64,000 bases of DNA from Fimbriimonadaceae bacterium (GCA_039811705.1 JBDHZD010000006.1:690-64689), one strand, 5' to 3'. Shown: positions 9,515-19,572, numbered from the stretch's first letter. A program made the numbers and translations. The notes: generated by a model not told the origin, from the letters alone.

Positions 9515-9538
9515 AATCATGACGATTATGTCATGAAT
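9515..9538. promoter_or_regulatory. Inverted repeat AATCATGAC-N6-GTCATGAAT in the sufC/dinB-like divergent promoter region (candidate operator)
   Basis: TCATGAC (9517-9523) and GTCATGA (9530-9536) form a perfect 7-bp inverted repeat, about 60-80 nt upstream of the sufC start. Confidence 0.4.
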
Positions 9539-9589
9539 GTCTGTCAGCCTGTCGGGGCTTCGGACTCGGAAGCGTTCATACTGGCAAGC

Positions 9590-10054
9590 ATGAACGCCGT
9601 CGAGTTGCTCGTCCGCCAGATCCAAAGGGGCCAGGAGGGATTCCTCCGCATGATCAACCTCGTGCCCGAAGACAAGCTCGATTGGCAGCCTGACCCGCAA
9701 CTCCGGTCCGCGCTCGACCAATACCAAGAGGTCGCCACCATCCTCGGCTTTACATGGGACGTGTTCGATCGTCGCGAGCTCAAGTTCGAGGCCGAGGACT
9801 TCCAGCGGTACAAGGCGCACAGCAAGACGTTCACGACGCGCGAGGAGTGCGAGGCCGAGTTCCGCCGGACCACGGACGAGCTGATCGCCCGAGTCCGCGC
9901 CCTGAGCGACGCCGACCTCGACGACGAGGTCAAAATGCCCTTCCCCGGCGAGTACCGGCTGTGCGACACCATCCAGTACCACGTTTGGAACATGGCCTAC
10001 CACGAGGGCCAAATCGCGGCCATCCTCCAACGATTGGGCATCGACCCCATGTGA
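9590..10054 (+). CDS. DinB-family (four-helix-bundle, metal-dependent) protein
   Basis: The tracked ORF starts at 9533, but that ATG lies inside the palindrome. MNAVELLVRQIQ at 9590 is the more plausible start. C-terminal WNMAYHEGQIAAIL is DinB-like. Confidence 0.7.
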   Translation: MNAVELLVRQIQRGQEGFLRMINLVPEDKLDWQPDPQLRSALDQYQEVATILGFTWDVFDRRELKFEAEDFQRYKAHSKTFTTREECEAEFRRTTDELIARVRALSDADLDDEVKMPFPGEYRLCDTIQYHVWNMAYHEGQIAAILQRLGIDPM

Positions 10055-10071
10055 TCGCCTAGAATGCGGAC

Positions 10072-11346
10072 ATGATGCGCGCGTTGCACCTCTTGTGGCT
10101 TCTCTGCGCGTCGGCGCTCGTCGCCGCCCAAAGCGAAGTCGCCGATGCCGTCCGGTCGTTGCCCGGAGTCAAAGAGGTCCGCGAGGCGGGCCAAGGAACG
10201 AGCGCCTATCTGGCCCTGACCTTCGAGCAACCCGTAGACCACGCCAACCCCACTGGGCCGAAGTTCACACAACGCGTCTATCTGATTCACACGGGGTTCG
10301 ACCAGCCCGTCATTCTGGGCACCGAAGGCTACTCCGCGGGCCGACCCTCGGGCGGCGAACTGCGGCGAATCCTCGGCACCCCCAACGTCCTCACGGTCGA
10401 ACACCGGTACTTCGGGGGTTCCATCCCTTCGCCCCTCGTCTGGAAGCACCTCACGGTCAAGAACTCGGCGGACGACTTGCACGCGGTCGTCACGTCGTTC
10501 AAGAAGCTGTACAAGGGCAAGTGGGTCTCAACCGGCGCGAGCAAGGGTGGACAGACCGCGTTGTTCCACAAGTGCTTTCACCCCGACGACGTCGATGCCG
10601 TGGTCGCCTACGTCGCGCCGATCAACGTCGCCCAGGAAGACCCGCGTATTCAGATCTTCATGGAACAGGTGGGCACGCCCGCCGAGCGTCAAGCCATCCT
10701 CGACTTCCAGATCGCGCTGCTCAAGCGGCGGGCAGAGGTGTTGCCCTTGCTGAACGTCCGGCCCGACGACTATTCGATGGGCGTGGACAAAGCATTCGAA
10801 TATGGCGTTTTGGAGTTCCCCTTCGCCTACTGGCAGTATGGCGGCAACGCGCGTGAGAACAGCATCCCGAAGCCCGATGCTCCGGCAAAGGAACTGGCGG
10901 ACGCCTACCGAGCCGTCAACCCCATGATCTACTATGGAGACGCAGGGATCAAGCAATTCGAGGCGTTTCAGTACCAAGCGTTCACCGAAGTCGGCTATTA
11001 CAACTACGACATCACCGCACTCAAGCCCTACTTGAACCACAAGAACCCGACCAACATGGACCTGTGCCCTCCCGGCACGAAGGACACGATCCGCTACGAC
11101 GCCAACACGATGGCGTTCGTGTTCCACACGCTCCAATACAAGGCGAACAACATCGTGTACATCTATGGAGAGACGGACCCATGGTCGGCCACGGCCATCC
11201 AGTTGTTGGGACGCACCAACGCCCTCAAGATCACCGTCAAGGGAGCTTGGCACAACGCAAACGTCCGACTGATGTCCGCTGAGCAGAAGCAATCGTTCTT
11301 CGACACTCTGGAATCGTGGCTCGGCATTCCATTGGTTCGATCCTAA
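10072..11346 (+). CDS. Secreted serine peptidase, S28/S37-like alpha/beta hydrolase
   Basis: Signal peptide MMRALHLLWLLCASALVAAQS, EHRYFG motif, nucleophile elbow GASKGG. Confidence 0.7.
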   Translation: MMRALHLLWLLCASALVAAQSEVADAVRSLPGVKEVREAGQGTSAYLALTFEQPVDHANPTGPKFTQRVYLIHTGFDQPVILGTEGYSAGRPSGGELRRILGTPNVLTVEHRYFGGSIPSPLVWKHLTVKNSADDLHAVVTSFKKLYKGKWVSTGASKGGQTALFHKCFHPDDVDAVVAYVAPINVAQEDPRIQIFMEQVGTPAERQAILDFQIALLKRRAEVLPLLNVRPDDYSMGVDKAFEYGVLEFPFAYWQYGGNARENSIPKPDAPAKELADAYRAVNPMIYYGDAGIKQFEAFQYQAFTEVGYYNYDITALKPYLNHKNPTNMDLCPPGTKDTIRYDANTMAFVFHTLQYKANNIVYIYGETDPWSATAIQLLGRTNALKITVKGAWHNANVRLMSAEQKQSFFDTLESWLGIPLVRS

Positions 11347-11364
11347 ACACCCTAAGGAAAATCC

Positions 11365-12297
11365 ATGCACTCTCTCCTTCGATCCACTGTCGCCCTGTGT
11401 CTTGCGGTTGTCGCCGTCCATGGGACAGCGCAGCCTATCGCGTTCTCCTCCGATGGTCTCAAGCTGTGCGAAGCACAGAACGACACGGTCTTGGTGTTCG
11501 ACGTCGCAAAAGGCACCGTTTTGAAAACTCTCGCTCACGCGGACGTGCAGTGCGTGGCCTACTCGCCTAACGGAAAAGCGATCGCGTCGGGCTCTTACGA
11601 CGGAACCGTGCGTATCTGGGACGCGACAACCGGAAAGTCGACCCGCGAAATCACGGTGCCCGGAGACGGCATCACCGATGCTAACGTCACGGCCCTGGCC
11701 TTCTCACCGGACGGCCAAACCTTGGCCACCGCATCGCTTGGCAGCGTGTTCCTCTGGGATGTCGCTGCTGGACGCAGGTTCCTCAAGTTGGATGGCCATG
11801 CCCTTCAGGTGTCCTCCACGTCGTTCTCTCCCGACGGCAAGAGGCTCGTATCTGCAGGAGCCGACGGAGTCGCGGTCGTTTGGGACGTTGAGACCGGAAG
11901 GGCCATGTTCAACGTGCAAGGCCAGAGGATGTGGTGTGCCAAGTTTTCTCCCGACAGCAAGCAGCTTTTGGTCGCAGCAGATGACGGTGCGAGACTCCAC
12001 GATGCCAAAACAGGCGAACTTGTGGCGAGCCTCCCATCCGAGGAAGTTGTTTCTGCAGTCTTCTCCCCTGACGGGAAGTCTATCGTCATAGCATCACGCA
12101 ACGGCTCATCCAGCCTTTGGGAAGTGTCAACAAGCAAGCAGACCGGCGCCCTCTCGAAGGCATCGAAGGATCAGTTCACAAACTATGCCGAGTTCGCACC
12201 CAAGGGTGGGCTGGTGGCCACGTTCGATGGTGCCCGTGTCACGCTCTGGAACGCATCGACGCGCAAACAAGTACGCAAGCTGGGGCCAAGCCGGTGA
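11365..12297 (+). CDS. Secreted WD40-repeat protein
   Basis: Signal peptide MHSLLRSTVALCLAVVAVHGTAQP. Repeated SPNGK/SPDGK...GTVRIWD-type blades. Confidence 0.85.
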   Translation: MHSLLRSTVALCLAVVAVHGTAQPIAFSSDGLKLCEAQNDTVLVFDVAKGTVLKTLAHADVQCVAYSPNGKAIASGSYDGTVRIWDATTGKSTREITVPGDGITDANVTALAFSPDGQTLATASLGSVFLWDVAAGRRFLKLDGHALQVSSTSFSPDGKRLVSAGADGVAVVWDVETGRAMFNVQGQRMWCAKFSPDSKQLLVAADDGARLHDAKTGELVASLPSEEVVSAVFSPDGKSIVIASRNGSSSLWEVSTSKQTGALSKASKDQFTNYAEFAPKGGLVATFDGARVTLWNASTRKQVRKLGPSR

Positions 12298-12731
12298 TTG
12301 TCCGCTCTCTGCCATCCTTCACGTGGGAAGGCGTTCCGGTACTCCCCTACAAGGAAGATGGGACGATCTTCAAGAGTGTCACCCGCCAGGTGCTGTTCGA
12401 TGGCACCGGCGACCTATCCGTCCAATTTCGCTACTTCGAAGTAGGGCCCGGGGGGCATTCGACCCTGGAACGGCACCAGCATCAGCATGCCGTGATGGTG
12501 ATCCGGGGCAGCGGGCGCGTGCTCGTGGGCGATACGGTGCACGAGATTGGGATGCATGACGTGGTCCACATCCCGCCGGTGACGTGGCACCAGTTCCGCG
12601 CGCCCGAAGATGGGCCACTGGGTTTCTTGTGCGTGGTCGCCGTCGACCGCGACCGCCCGCAACGACCCGATGAGTCCGTCTTGGCCGAACTGCGAACAAG
12701 GCCAGAGATTGCCGAGTTCATCCGAGTGTGA
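12294..12731 (+). CDS. Cupin-domain protein
   Basis: GTG 12294 forms a GTGA overlap with the WD40 stop. Sequence includes GGHSTLERHQHQHAVMVIRG and HIPPVTWHQF, the two cupin motifs. Confidence 0.8.
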   Translation: MIVRSLPSFTWEGVPVLPYKEDGTIFKSVTRQVLFDGTGDLSVQFRYFEVGPGGHSTLERHQHQHAVMVIRGSGRVLVGDTVHEIGMHDVVHIPPVTWHQFRAPEDGPLGFLCVVAVDRDRPQRPDESVLAELRTRPEIAEFIRV

Positions 12732-12794
12732 ACCCCCATACAGGCCTTGAGGCCGATGCCCGGCACCGCAGCCATGTCCCACTTGAGGCCGTGC

Positions 12795-12823
12795 TTGACA
12801 CTAAGCTGTTTCTTTGTTACACT
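12795..12823 (+). promoter_or_regulatory. Sigma70-type promoter TTGACA-N17-TACACT
   Basis: TTGACA at 12795-12800, 17-nt spacer, TACACT at 12818-12823. It lies about 65-80 nt upstream of the candidate starts 12886 and 12902. Confidence 0.45.
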
Positions 12824-12885
12824 CATGAGATGCTCTACTCAAGTCCATCTCTCACCGGCATCCGCAGACCTTACGATGGCGGCAA

Positions 12886-14112
12886 GTGGAAGAGGGTCGC
12901 GATGAAAGGGGCTGTTCTGTGTCTGGCAACGTGCCTTGCTGCAATCAGCCCGGGTCAGCCCGCCGGTCCCGAGTTGGACAAGCGTATAGCGCGTGGGAGA
13001 AGTACCTGGCCGAAGCCCTCGCAAATGCGAAGACCTCGATCATCGTGGACGTGGACACGCGAACGACGCCTCCGCCGGCGCTCCAAGGCTTAGAGGGGGT
13101 CCACGAGCGGAATCTGGTTGAAGGCCTGGCATCCGTCACAAACCGTGAGTTGGTCGAAGGAAGCCACGGGGTTGCGTTCAAGCGTGCGTGGCCGCCGGGC
13201 GTCAGGCCGTGGGACTCAACGACTGCGATTCTGGAATGGCTGACCGAAAAAGGTGCCCAGTATCTCGACCGATTGGGGGGAGACGGAATGGCCTTCTCTG
13301 AGCTGGATCCTGCGTCTCAGAAGCTGTTGTTGGCAAACGCGGGCAACTCTGGAGTGGTGTCCGCCATTCTCAGGCATGACTTTGTTCACGTCAAGGTTCG
13401 AGCGAACCCCCATGTCGAGTACACGGACACAACGGGCGCGCGAAGGATAGCGGGCATGTTCTATGACAACGACCATCCTCAACAACGCGCCAGACTTGAC
13501 GCCGTATACTCCAGCTACAAGCCACCAAGGCCTTCTGCACCGAAGAACTTGCCAACTCCTGTGGGCGAGATTCGCTTCAGCCCCGGGAAGTTGTTCACCG
13601 TCAACGAGTTGAGTTGGGAACTGCGAACAAAACACCAGGTGCGCATTCAGTACGATGCCCGGCTCGGCGAATCCCATCTCTTCGTGCAGGGGATATTCTC
13701 GGGCGAATCGATCATAGACGCGCTTCGGGCGGTGTTGGCGACCCAGGAGCCGAGCCTACTGAAGAGCCCGCCAGACGTCAACAAGATTCTTGGGGACCTG
13801 TTTAGCAACCCCGCGCTCGCAGGCCTGGCGCAGCATCGCTTCGGCGGCGATATGGAAGCCCTGGACCCCCATCTGTTTGTCAGGGGCGAGACAGCGAACC
13901 TCGGCGATTTGGCGCGGATGAGCCCTTGGATCAAGGGGTGGGCCCAGCAGGTTGGCCTTTCGCTGGACAGCTCCGTTCGGCTCAGGGCAGGCCTGAGCGT
14001 CAGCCTTTGGGCGGCGGGCTCAACGATCTTCCACATCGACGAGCAAGGAATCAAGCACACCATCCGCAACACAGGCGGCATCGGTATTCCACCAGCCCCG
14101 GGCGGCCAGTGA
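12886..14112 (+). CDS. Hypothetical protein. The probable true N-terminus is a signal peptide encoded in another frame from ATG 12902.
   Basis: The tracked frame starts at GTG 12886 with a non-signal N-terminus and a weak RBS. ATG 12902 is preceded by GGAAGAGGG and encodes MKGAVLCLATCLAAISPGQPAGPELDK, then goes out of frame with the protein-like body (...YSAWEKYLAEALANAK...). Confidence 0.55.
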   Translation: MEEGRDERGCSVSGNVPCCNQPGSARRSRVGQAYSAWEKYLAEALANAKTSIIVDVDTRTTPPPALQGLEGVHERNLVEGLASVTNRELVEGSHGVAFKRAWPPGVRPWDSTTAILEWLTEKGAQYLDRLGGDGMAFSELDPASQKLLLANAGNSGVVSAILRHDFVHVKVRANPHVEYTDTTGARRIAGMFYDNDHPQQRARLDAVYSSYKPPRPSAPKNLPTPVGEIRFSPGKLFTVNELSWELRTKHQVRIQYDARLGESHLFVQGIFSGESIIDALRAVLATQEPSLLKSPPDVNKILGDLFSNPALAGLAQHRFGGDMEALDPHLFVRGETANLGDLARMSPWIKGWAQQVGLSLDSSVRLRAGLSVSLWAAGSTIFHIDEQGIKHTIRNTGGIGIPPAPGGQ

Positions 14113-14182
14113 GGCCTCCCCACCATGGCCGTCAGCGCGAGGTCCCGTCAGGCAACCCAACCCTCTTGACATAATCAGGGGG

Positions 14183-15469
14183 ATGTCCAGGACTTTCGGC
14201 TTCGAGACCCGCATGTTGCACGCGGGACAGATTCCCGACCCGCACGTCGGCGCGCGCGCCACGCCCATCTATCAAACCACGTCCTACGTGTTCGACGACG
14301 TCGAGCACGCCGCCCATCTGTTCGAACTCAAGCAGTACGGCAACATCTACACGCGCATCAGCAACCCCACCACCGCCGTGTTCGAGGAGCGAGTCGCCTC
14401 GTTGGAAGGCGGGACGGGCGCCGTCGCACTCGCCAGCGGCATGGCCGCCGAGTTCGGCGCGATCATGACGCTCTGCTCCCCTGGCGACCACCTGGTCGCG
14501 TCGAGCCAGCTTTACGGTGGCAGCATGACCATGCTCGCGCACACGACCAAGAAGCTGGGTCTCGAAGTCACGTTCGTGGACCCTTCCGACCTCGATGCGT
14601 GGGAGGCGGCCGTGCGGCCCAACACGAAACTCCTGTTCGTCGAGACCATCGGCAACCCCTTGGGCGCCATCGCCGACCTTGAGGCGCTGGGCAAGCTCGC
14701 CGCAGCCAAGGGCGTGCCCCTGATGGTGGATTCCACGTTCGCCACGCCGTACCTCTGTCGCCCCATCGAGTGGGGTGCGACGCTGGTCGTCCATTCCGCC
14801 ACCAAGTTCATCGGCGGCCACGGCACAAGCATCGGGGGCGTCGTCGTGGACTCGGGCGAGTTCGACTTCTCGACGTTCCCCACCATCGCCGACCCCTCGC
14901 CGAGCTACCACGGCCTGCGTTTCTACGACACGTTCGGCCATTACGGGTTCTTGGTCAAGCTGCGCGCGGAGACGCTGCGCGACACGGGCGCGTGCCTTTC
15001 GCCCACCAACGCGTTCATGCTCCTGCAGGGTCTTGAGACGCTCTCGGTGCGCATGGATCGGCACGTGGCGAACGCCCAAGCCGTGGCCGAATTCCTCGAA
15101 GCCCACCCCAAGGTCTCGCAGGTCCATTACGCGGGCCTACCCAGCCACCCACACCACGCGCTGGCCAAGAAGTACCTGCCGAAGGGGCCAGGCGCTGTTC
15201 TCTCATTCGAGTTGGCGGCCCCTGCCGATCAAGCACGCGCCGCCGGGAAGGCGTTCATCGAGTCGCTTCAGGTGTTTTCGCATCTGGCCAACGTGGGCGA
15301 CGCGAAGAGCCTGGTCATCCACCCCGCTTCGACGACGCACCAGCAACTCTCGGACGATGAGTTGGCGCTCGGCGGCATCACTCCGGGGATGGTTCGGCTT
15401 TCGGTGGGCTTGGAAACAACCGACGACCTGCTCTGGGACCTGGACCAAGCGCTCGGCTCGATCCCATAG
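14183..15469 (+). CDS. metY: O-acetylhomoserine sulfhydrylase (PLP-dependent)
   Basis: FETRMLHAGQ N-terminus, HSATKFIGGHGTSIGG (PLP-Lys), 428 aa. Confidence 0.9.
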   Translation: MSRTFGFETRMLHAGQIPDPHVGARATPIYQTTSYVFDDVEHAAHLFELKQYGNIYTRISNPTTAVFEERVASLEGGTGAVALASGMAAEFGAIMTLCSPGDHLVASSQLYGGSMTMLAHTTKKLGLEVTFVDPSDLDAWEAAVRPNTKLLFVETIGNPLGAIADLEALGKLAAAKGVPLMVDSTFATPYLCRPIEWGATLVVHSATKFIGGHGTSIGGVVVDSGEFDFSTFPTIADPSPSYHGLRFYDTFGHYGFLVKLRAETLRDTGACLSPTNAFMLLQGLETLSVRMDRHVANAQAVAEFLEAHPKVSQVHYAGLPSHPHHALAKKYLPKGPGAVLSFELAAPADQARAAGKAFIESLQVFSHLANVGDAKSLVIHPASTTHQQLSDDELALGGITPGMVRLSVGLETTDDLLWDLDQALGSIP

Positions 15470-15516
15470 GGCGGGGCGAGGTCAAGGTCGCCGATGGATG
15501 GCCCGTGCCCCGCGTC

Positions 15517-16638
15517 CTATCCCATGTACGACGCGGGGTTCACGGGCTTTCCGTTCACGCGGACTTCGAAGTGCAGGTGCGGGCCCGTGGACAGCCCAGT
15601 GGATCCGACGAGCGCGATCCTCTGGCCCTGGCGCACCTCCTGCCCCGCGCTGACCAGCAGCCTCGAGCAATGCCCATAGAGCGTCGATATCTTGTCGCCG
15701 TGGTCGATGACGATGTAGTTGCCGTAGCCGCTGCCGTAGGCTGCAAAGATGACCTTGCCCGCGCCGGCGGCAAAGATCGGCGAACCTGACTTCGCGCCGA
15801 TGTCGATCCCGTTGTGCATCCGGCTCCTCTTGAGAATCGGGTGGTGCCGCATCCCGAACCCGCTCGTCTGTGGACCGGCGGCCGGCCGGATGAACCGACC
15901 GCTGAATCGCCTGTTGGAAGGGGCGCCCGACGAGTAGTAGGCGGCGATTTGGGCCTGAATGTTGGCGGACTCGCGCTCCATTTGTTGCAGGGCCCGTTCT
16001 AGTTCGCGCTCCTGCGAGCTCAACTGCGAAAGGACTCTCGACTTCTCCTGCCGAGCGGCACCAAGCTGGCGTTGTTGCTGCGCTTGCTGTTCCTGCAGAC
16101 CGGCGATCCGGGACACCAGAGCGTCGGCGCGCCGCTTGTCCTCGGTGGTCTTCTTGAGCAACGCCTCGTACTCGGAGAACAGCTTCCGGTCGTGCCGCGC
16201 AACGCGCTCGAACACGAATTTGCGCGAGGCCAATTCGCCGATGTCGCGCACGCCGACCAGTGCCGTCACGGGTTGGACGGAGCCTTGGCGATACATGCGC
16301 CCAAGTCGTTCCTTGACCTGAACCGTCAGTTCGTCCAGGCGCTCGTTGGCGGCTGCGAGCTCTCGTCCCAACGCCTTCTGTTCCGCTCGCGAGGCGGAAA
16401 GCTTGGAACGTGTGGCATTGAGTTCACGCTGGACCGTGGCGAGCTGGTTGTCGACTTGCCGAAGGTCCACGCGCACCTCGCGCTTCTCTTCGCGCGTCTC
16501 GGCCAGCTTGCGGTTGGTCTGCTGCCGCTGCCTAGCTAGCCGATTGAGTTGCTCCTGAAGGGCCTTGGCGTCGCCACCCGACTGCGGGACTCCGGTCGCC
16601 ACCGTGAACAACGCGAGGAGGATCGTCCATGGTTTCAT
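15517..16638 (-). CDS. Coiled-coil M23 peptidase (EnvC-like murein hydrolase activator)
   Basis: I trimmed the ORF to ATG 16638, which forms an ATGA overlap with the ftsX stop. Signal peptide MKPWTILLALFTVATG, a long Q/R/E/L coiled coil, and C-terminal HNGIDI...GSTGLSTGPHLHFEV. Confidence 0.85.
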   Translation of the reverse strand: MKPWTILLALFTVATGVPQSGGDAKALQEQLNRLARQRQQTNRKLAETREEKREVRVDLRQVDNQLATVQRELNATRSKLSASRAEQKALGRELAAANERLDELTVQVKERLGRMYRQGSVQPVTALVGVRDIGELASRKFVFERVARHDRKLFSEYEALLKKTTEDKRRADALVSRIAGLQEQQAQQQRQLGAARQEKSRVLSQLSSQERELERALQQMERESANIQAQIAAYYSSGAPSNRRFSGRFIRPAAGPQTSGFGMRHHPILKRSRMHNGIDIGAKSGSPIFAAGAGKVIFAAYGSGYGNYIVIDHGDKISTLYGHCSRLLVSAGQEVRQGQRIALVGSTGLSTGPHLHFEVRVNGKPVNPASYMG

Positions 16639-17510
16639 GTCAGTTTGAGCGGCCTCCGTGCCGCAAGGAACGAACACAACAAGCCGTACGACGCCCCAAT
16701 CAGCATGAGTCCGGCGATCACGCCCAAGGCAGGGAAAGGCGCGGGCTCGGACGTGGCGAACAGGCCCTGCACGGTCATCGAGAATAGGCGGTACACCGCA
16801 TAGAGCGCGGGCGTCGCCAACAGTCCGCCCAGAGCGCCTTGGACGCAACCCTCGATCAGGAACGGCACGGCGATCGTGGCGTTGGTCGCTCCGACCAACT
16901 GCATGATGCGGATCTCGCGCCGCCGTGCGTTCACCGCGTGCCGAATCGCGATGTAGATCAGGATGCCCGTCGTCGGGACCAGCGTCACGAACAGCCCCGT
17001 GCCCAGCCACCCCAACAGCCGAAGCGTCTGGCTGATGAACTCGTGTTCCTCACTCAAGTACTGTACGCCGCCTGGCTCCACGTGTTCGAGCTTCGACGCT
17101 TCTTCGGCGACCGCTTTGCTCTTGTCCAAGTCGGAAAGCGTGACCTTCATGGCGTCCGGAAGCGGGTTGCCGATGGCGGCCGGGGCATCCTGACCCAGAT
17201 CCTTCTGAAACTGCTCCCAAGCGCGGTCCCTCGGAATATGGACGACCACGGCCACGCCGTCGATCTTGCGGAGGGACTGCGCCGTCTCGCGGATACCCGC
17301 TTGATCCACGCCCTCTTTGAGGAACACGCGCATCTCCATCTTGCTGGGCAACGACCGCGCATAGGCGTCCACGCGCCAATAGGTGTAGGCCAGGCCACCC
17401 ACCAAGAACAATGCTACGGCGGACGTCGTGACGGCGGCGAAGGTCATCCACGTGTTCCTTCGCAACGACGCGAATGCCTCGCTCAGCAGGAATTCAAGCC
17501 GGTTGAGCAT
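16635..17510 (-). CDS. ftsX: Cell-division ABC permease-like protein FtsX
   Basis: [19 protein letters not shown] start, periplasmic loop, and three C-terminal TM segments. An alternative start is 17534. Confidence 0.85.
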   Translation of the reverse strand: MLNRLEFLLSEAFASLRRNTWMTFAAVTTSAVALFLVGGLAYTYWRVDAYARSLPSKMEMRVFLKEGVDQAGIRETAQSLRKIDGVAVVVHIPRDRAWEQFQKDLGQDAPAAIGNPLPDAMKVTLSDLDKSKAVAEEASKLEHVEPGGVQYLSEEHEFISQTLRLLGWLGTGLFVTLVPTTGILIYIAIRHAVNARRREIRIMQLVGATNATIAVPFLIEGCVQGALGGLLATPALYAVYRLFSMTVQGLFATSEPAPFPALGVIAGLMLIGASYGLLCSFLAARRPLKLT

Positions 17511-18213
17511 CCATGCAACTCCGGTCGGAAACAATCTGTCCCGATTCCAAGGTTACCACGCGCCGGTTGACACGCTTGATCACGGCTTCGTCATGGCTTG
17601 CAACCAGCACGGTGGTGCCGCGCAGGTTCAATTGCTGAAGCAACTCCATGATCTGCCAACTCTGTTCGGCGTCCAAGTTGCCTGTGGGCTCGTCGGCCAA
17701 GAGCAACGACGGATTGTTGATGAGAGCGCGCCCGATGGCCACACGCTGTTGTTCGCCGCCGCTGAGTTGGTGGGGAAACGAATCGGCGCGGTGGCCGATA
17801 TTCACACGCTCGAGAATCTCGGGCACTTTGCGCCGCACCTCGCGACGCGTCGCCCCAAGGGCGCGCATGGCGTAGGCCACGTTCTCCCACACCTTCTTCG
17901 TCGGCAACAACGCGAAGTCCTGCGGCACGATGCCCATTTCGCGGCGAAGAAACGGGATGTCCCGGGGCCGGAGCGTGCCCAGTTCGCGCCCCTGAAACCA
18001 TACATGTCCCGCCGTCTCTTGCACCTCGCGGCTCAGGAGCTTCAGCAAAGTGCTCTTTCCCGCCCCTGTCCGGCCCACGAAGAACACAAAATCGCCCCGG
18101 CTGATCGTCAGGTTGATGTCGCGCAGTCCGTAAACCCACTGGTTGAACTGCACCTCGACCTTGTCGTACACGATGTAGGGCGTGACTTTGCGATCCGGCA
18201 CGGGAGACCCCAT
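17494..18213 (-). CDS. ftsE: Cell-division ATPase FtsE
   Basis: GRTGAGKST Walker [16 protein letters not shown] signature, [12 protein letters not shown] Walker B. Confidence 0.9.
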   Translation of the reverse strand: MGSPVPDRKVTPYIVYDKVEVQFNQWVYGLRDINLTISRGDFVFFVGRTGAGKSTLLKLLSREVQETAGHVWFQGRELGTLRPRDIPFLRREMGIVPQDFALLPTKKVWENVAYAMRALGATRREVRRKVPEILERVNIGHRADSFPHQLSGGEQQRVAIGRALINNPSLLLADEPTGNLDAEQSWQIMELLQQLNLRGTTVLVASHDEAVIKRVNRRVVTLESGQIVSDRSCMDAQPA

Positions 18214-18228
18214 CGTACCTGTGCCGGG

Positions 18229-19572
18229 TCACGCGCGAATCAGCGCGAGCAATTCCGCCGTCTTTTCGGCCACCAGCACCGCGTCGCCGCGTGCCTCGAC
18301 GTTCAAGCGGATCACGGGTTCCGTGTTGCTTGAACGCAGGTTGAAACGCCAGTCGGCGAACGCCACGCTAAGCCCGTCGAGTCGATCCACCTCGCCGTGC
18401 CCAAAGGCGGCCTCGACGCGCGCGATGGCAGCGGCAGGATCGGCCACTGTGGAGTTCACCTCTCCCGAGCAAGGGAACTTGGCGATCATCTCGCCCACCA
18501 GGTCGCCGAGCGTCCGCCCCGTTCGCGAAACCAGCCGCGCGATGAGCAGGAACGGGATCATGCCCGAATCGCAGTACCAGTGGTCGCGGAAATAGTGGTG
18601 TGCGCTCATTTCCCCGCCGTACGAGGCGTCCTCGGCTCGCATCTTCTCCTTGATGAACGCGTGACCGCTCTTGCACACCACGGCCCGCCCGCCCAGCCGC
18701 TCGACGATGTCCAACGTGTTCCACGTCAGGCGCGGATCGTACACGATGGTCTGATTCGGGTCTTCTTCAAGCAAGGCTTGCGACAGCAGCCCGACGATGT
18801 AGTAGCCCTCGATGAAGTTGCCGTGCTCGTCGAAGAAGAAGCAGCGGTCGTAATCGCCATCCCAGGCCACGCCGAAGTCGTACGTGCCGCTCTTCAGACG
18901 CGCCTCGGTCGCAGCGCGGGATTCCGCAAGGATGGGGTTGGGCACCCCGTTCGGGAACGTGCCGTCGGGTTCGCCCTGCATGACTTCTGCATCCAACGGC
19001 AGGTGCGGCAACAGGTGCTGGAGCGCGATGCCCGCTGCGCCATTGCCCGGGTCGAGGAGCACCTTCAGCGGCTTGAGCGCATCGCCCGGAACCAGCCGAC
19101 GCAGGTGGGCGGTGAAATCGGCGTACACGTCTCGATCGACGATCGTCCCCGCGCCCGCGCGCTCCCAGCGGCGATCGTGGGCACGCTTCTCGATGTCGTT
19201 CAGGCCCGAATCGGCGCTGATGGGTCGGCTCTCGCCACGCACCATTTTCATCCCGTTGTATTCGGGCGGGTTGTGGCTGGCCGTGATCATGCAGCCGCCG
19301 TCGTAGCCGTAGTGGGCGGTGGCGAAGTAGACCATCTCGGTGCCGATCATGCCGAGATGCACCACGTCCACCCCCGCGTCGTTGAGCCCCTTGGCCATGG
19401 CTTGGTAGAGCTCGGGGCCTGAGAGCCGGATGTCGTAGCCGATGCACACCCGCTTCGCGCCCATCTGGTCGGCGTACGCGCGCCCAATGGCATAGGCGAT
19501 GTCGGCGTTCAGTTCGCTCGGCACCTTGCCGCGCACATCGTAGGCTTTGAAGCAGGGGAGATACTGGCCCAT
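18229..19572 (-). CDS. Phosphomannomutase/phosphoglucomutase
   Basis: FKAYDVRG, TASHNPPEYNGMK (active-site Ser), GVAWDGDYDR (Mg site). I trimmed the start to MGQYLPCF. Confidence 0.9.
   Translation of the reverse strand: MGQYLPCFKAYDVRGKVPSELNADIAYAIGRAYADQMGAKRVCIGYDIRLSGPELYQAMAKGLNDAGVDVVHLGMIGTEMVYFATAHYGYDGGCMITASHNPPEYNGMKMVRGESRPISADSGLNDIEKRAHDRRWERAGAGTIVDRDVYADFTAHLRRLVPGDALKPLKVLLDPGNGAAGIALQHLLPHLPLDAEVMQGEPDGTFPNGVPNPILAESRAATEARLKSGTYDFGVAWDGDYDRCFFFDEHGNFIEGYYIVGLLSQALLEEDPNQTIVYDPRLTWNTLDIVERLGGRAVVCKSGHAFIKEKMRAEDASYGGEMSAHHYFRDHWYCDSGMIPFLLIARLVSRTGRTLGDLVGEMIAKFPCSGEVNSTVADPAAAIARVEAAFGHGEVDRLDGLSVAFADWRFNLRSSNTEPVIRLNVEARGDAVLVAEKTAELLALIRA

Noticed and set aside
14166-14171. 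TTGACA hexamer upstream of metY, considered as a promoter
   Set aside because: It lies only 11 nt before the ATG, and no -10 element can fit. The N-terminus MSRTFGFETRMLHAGQ is family-typical, so the start is not downstream.
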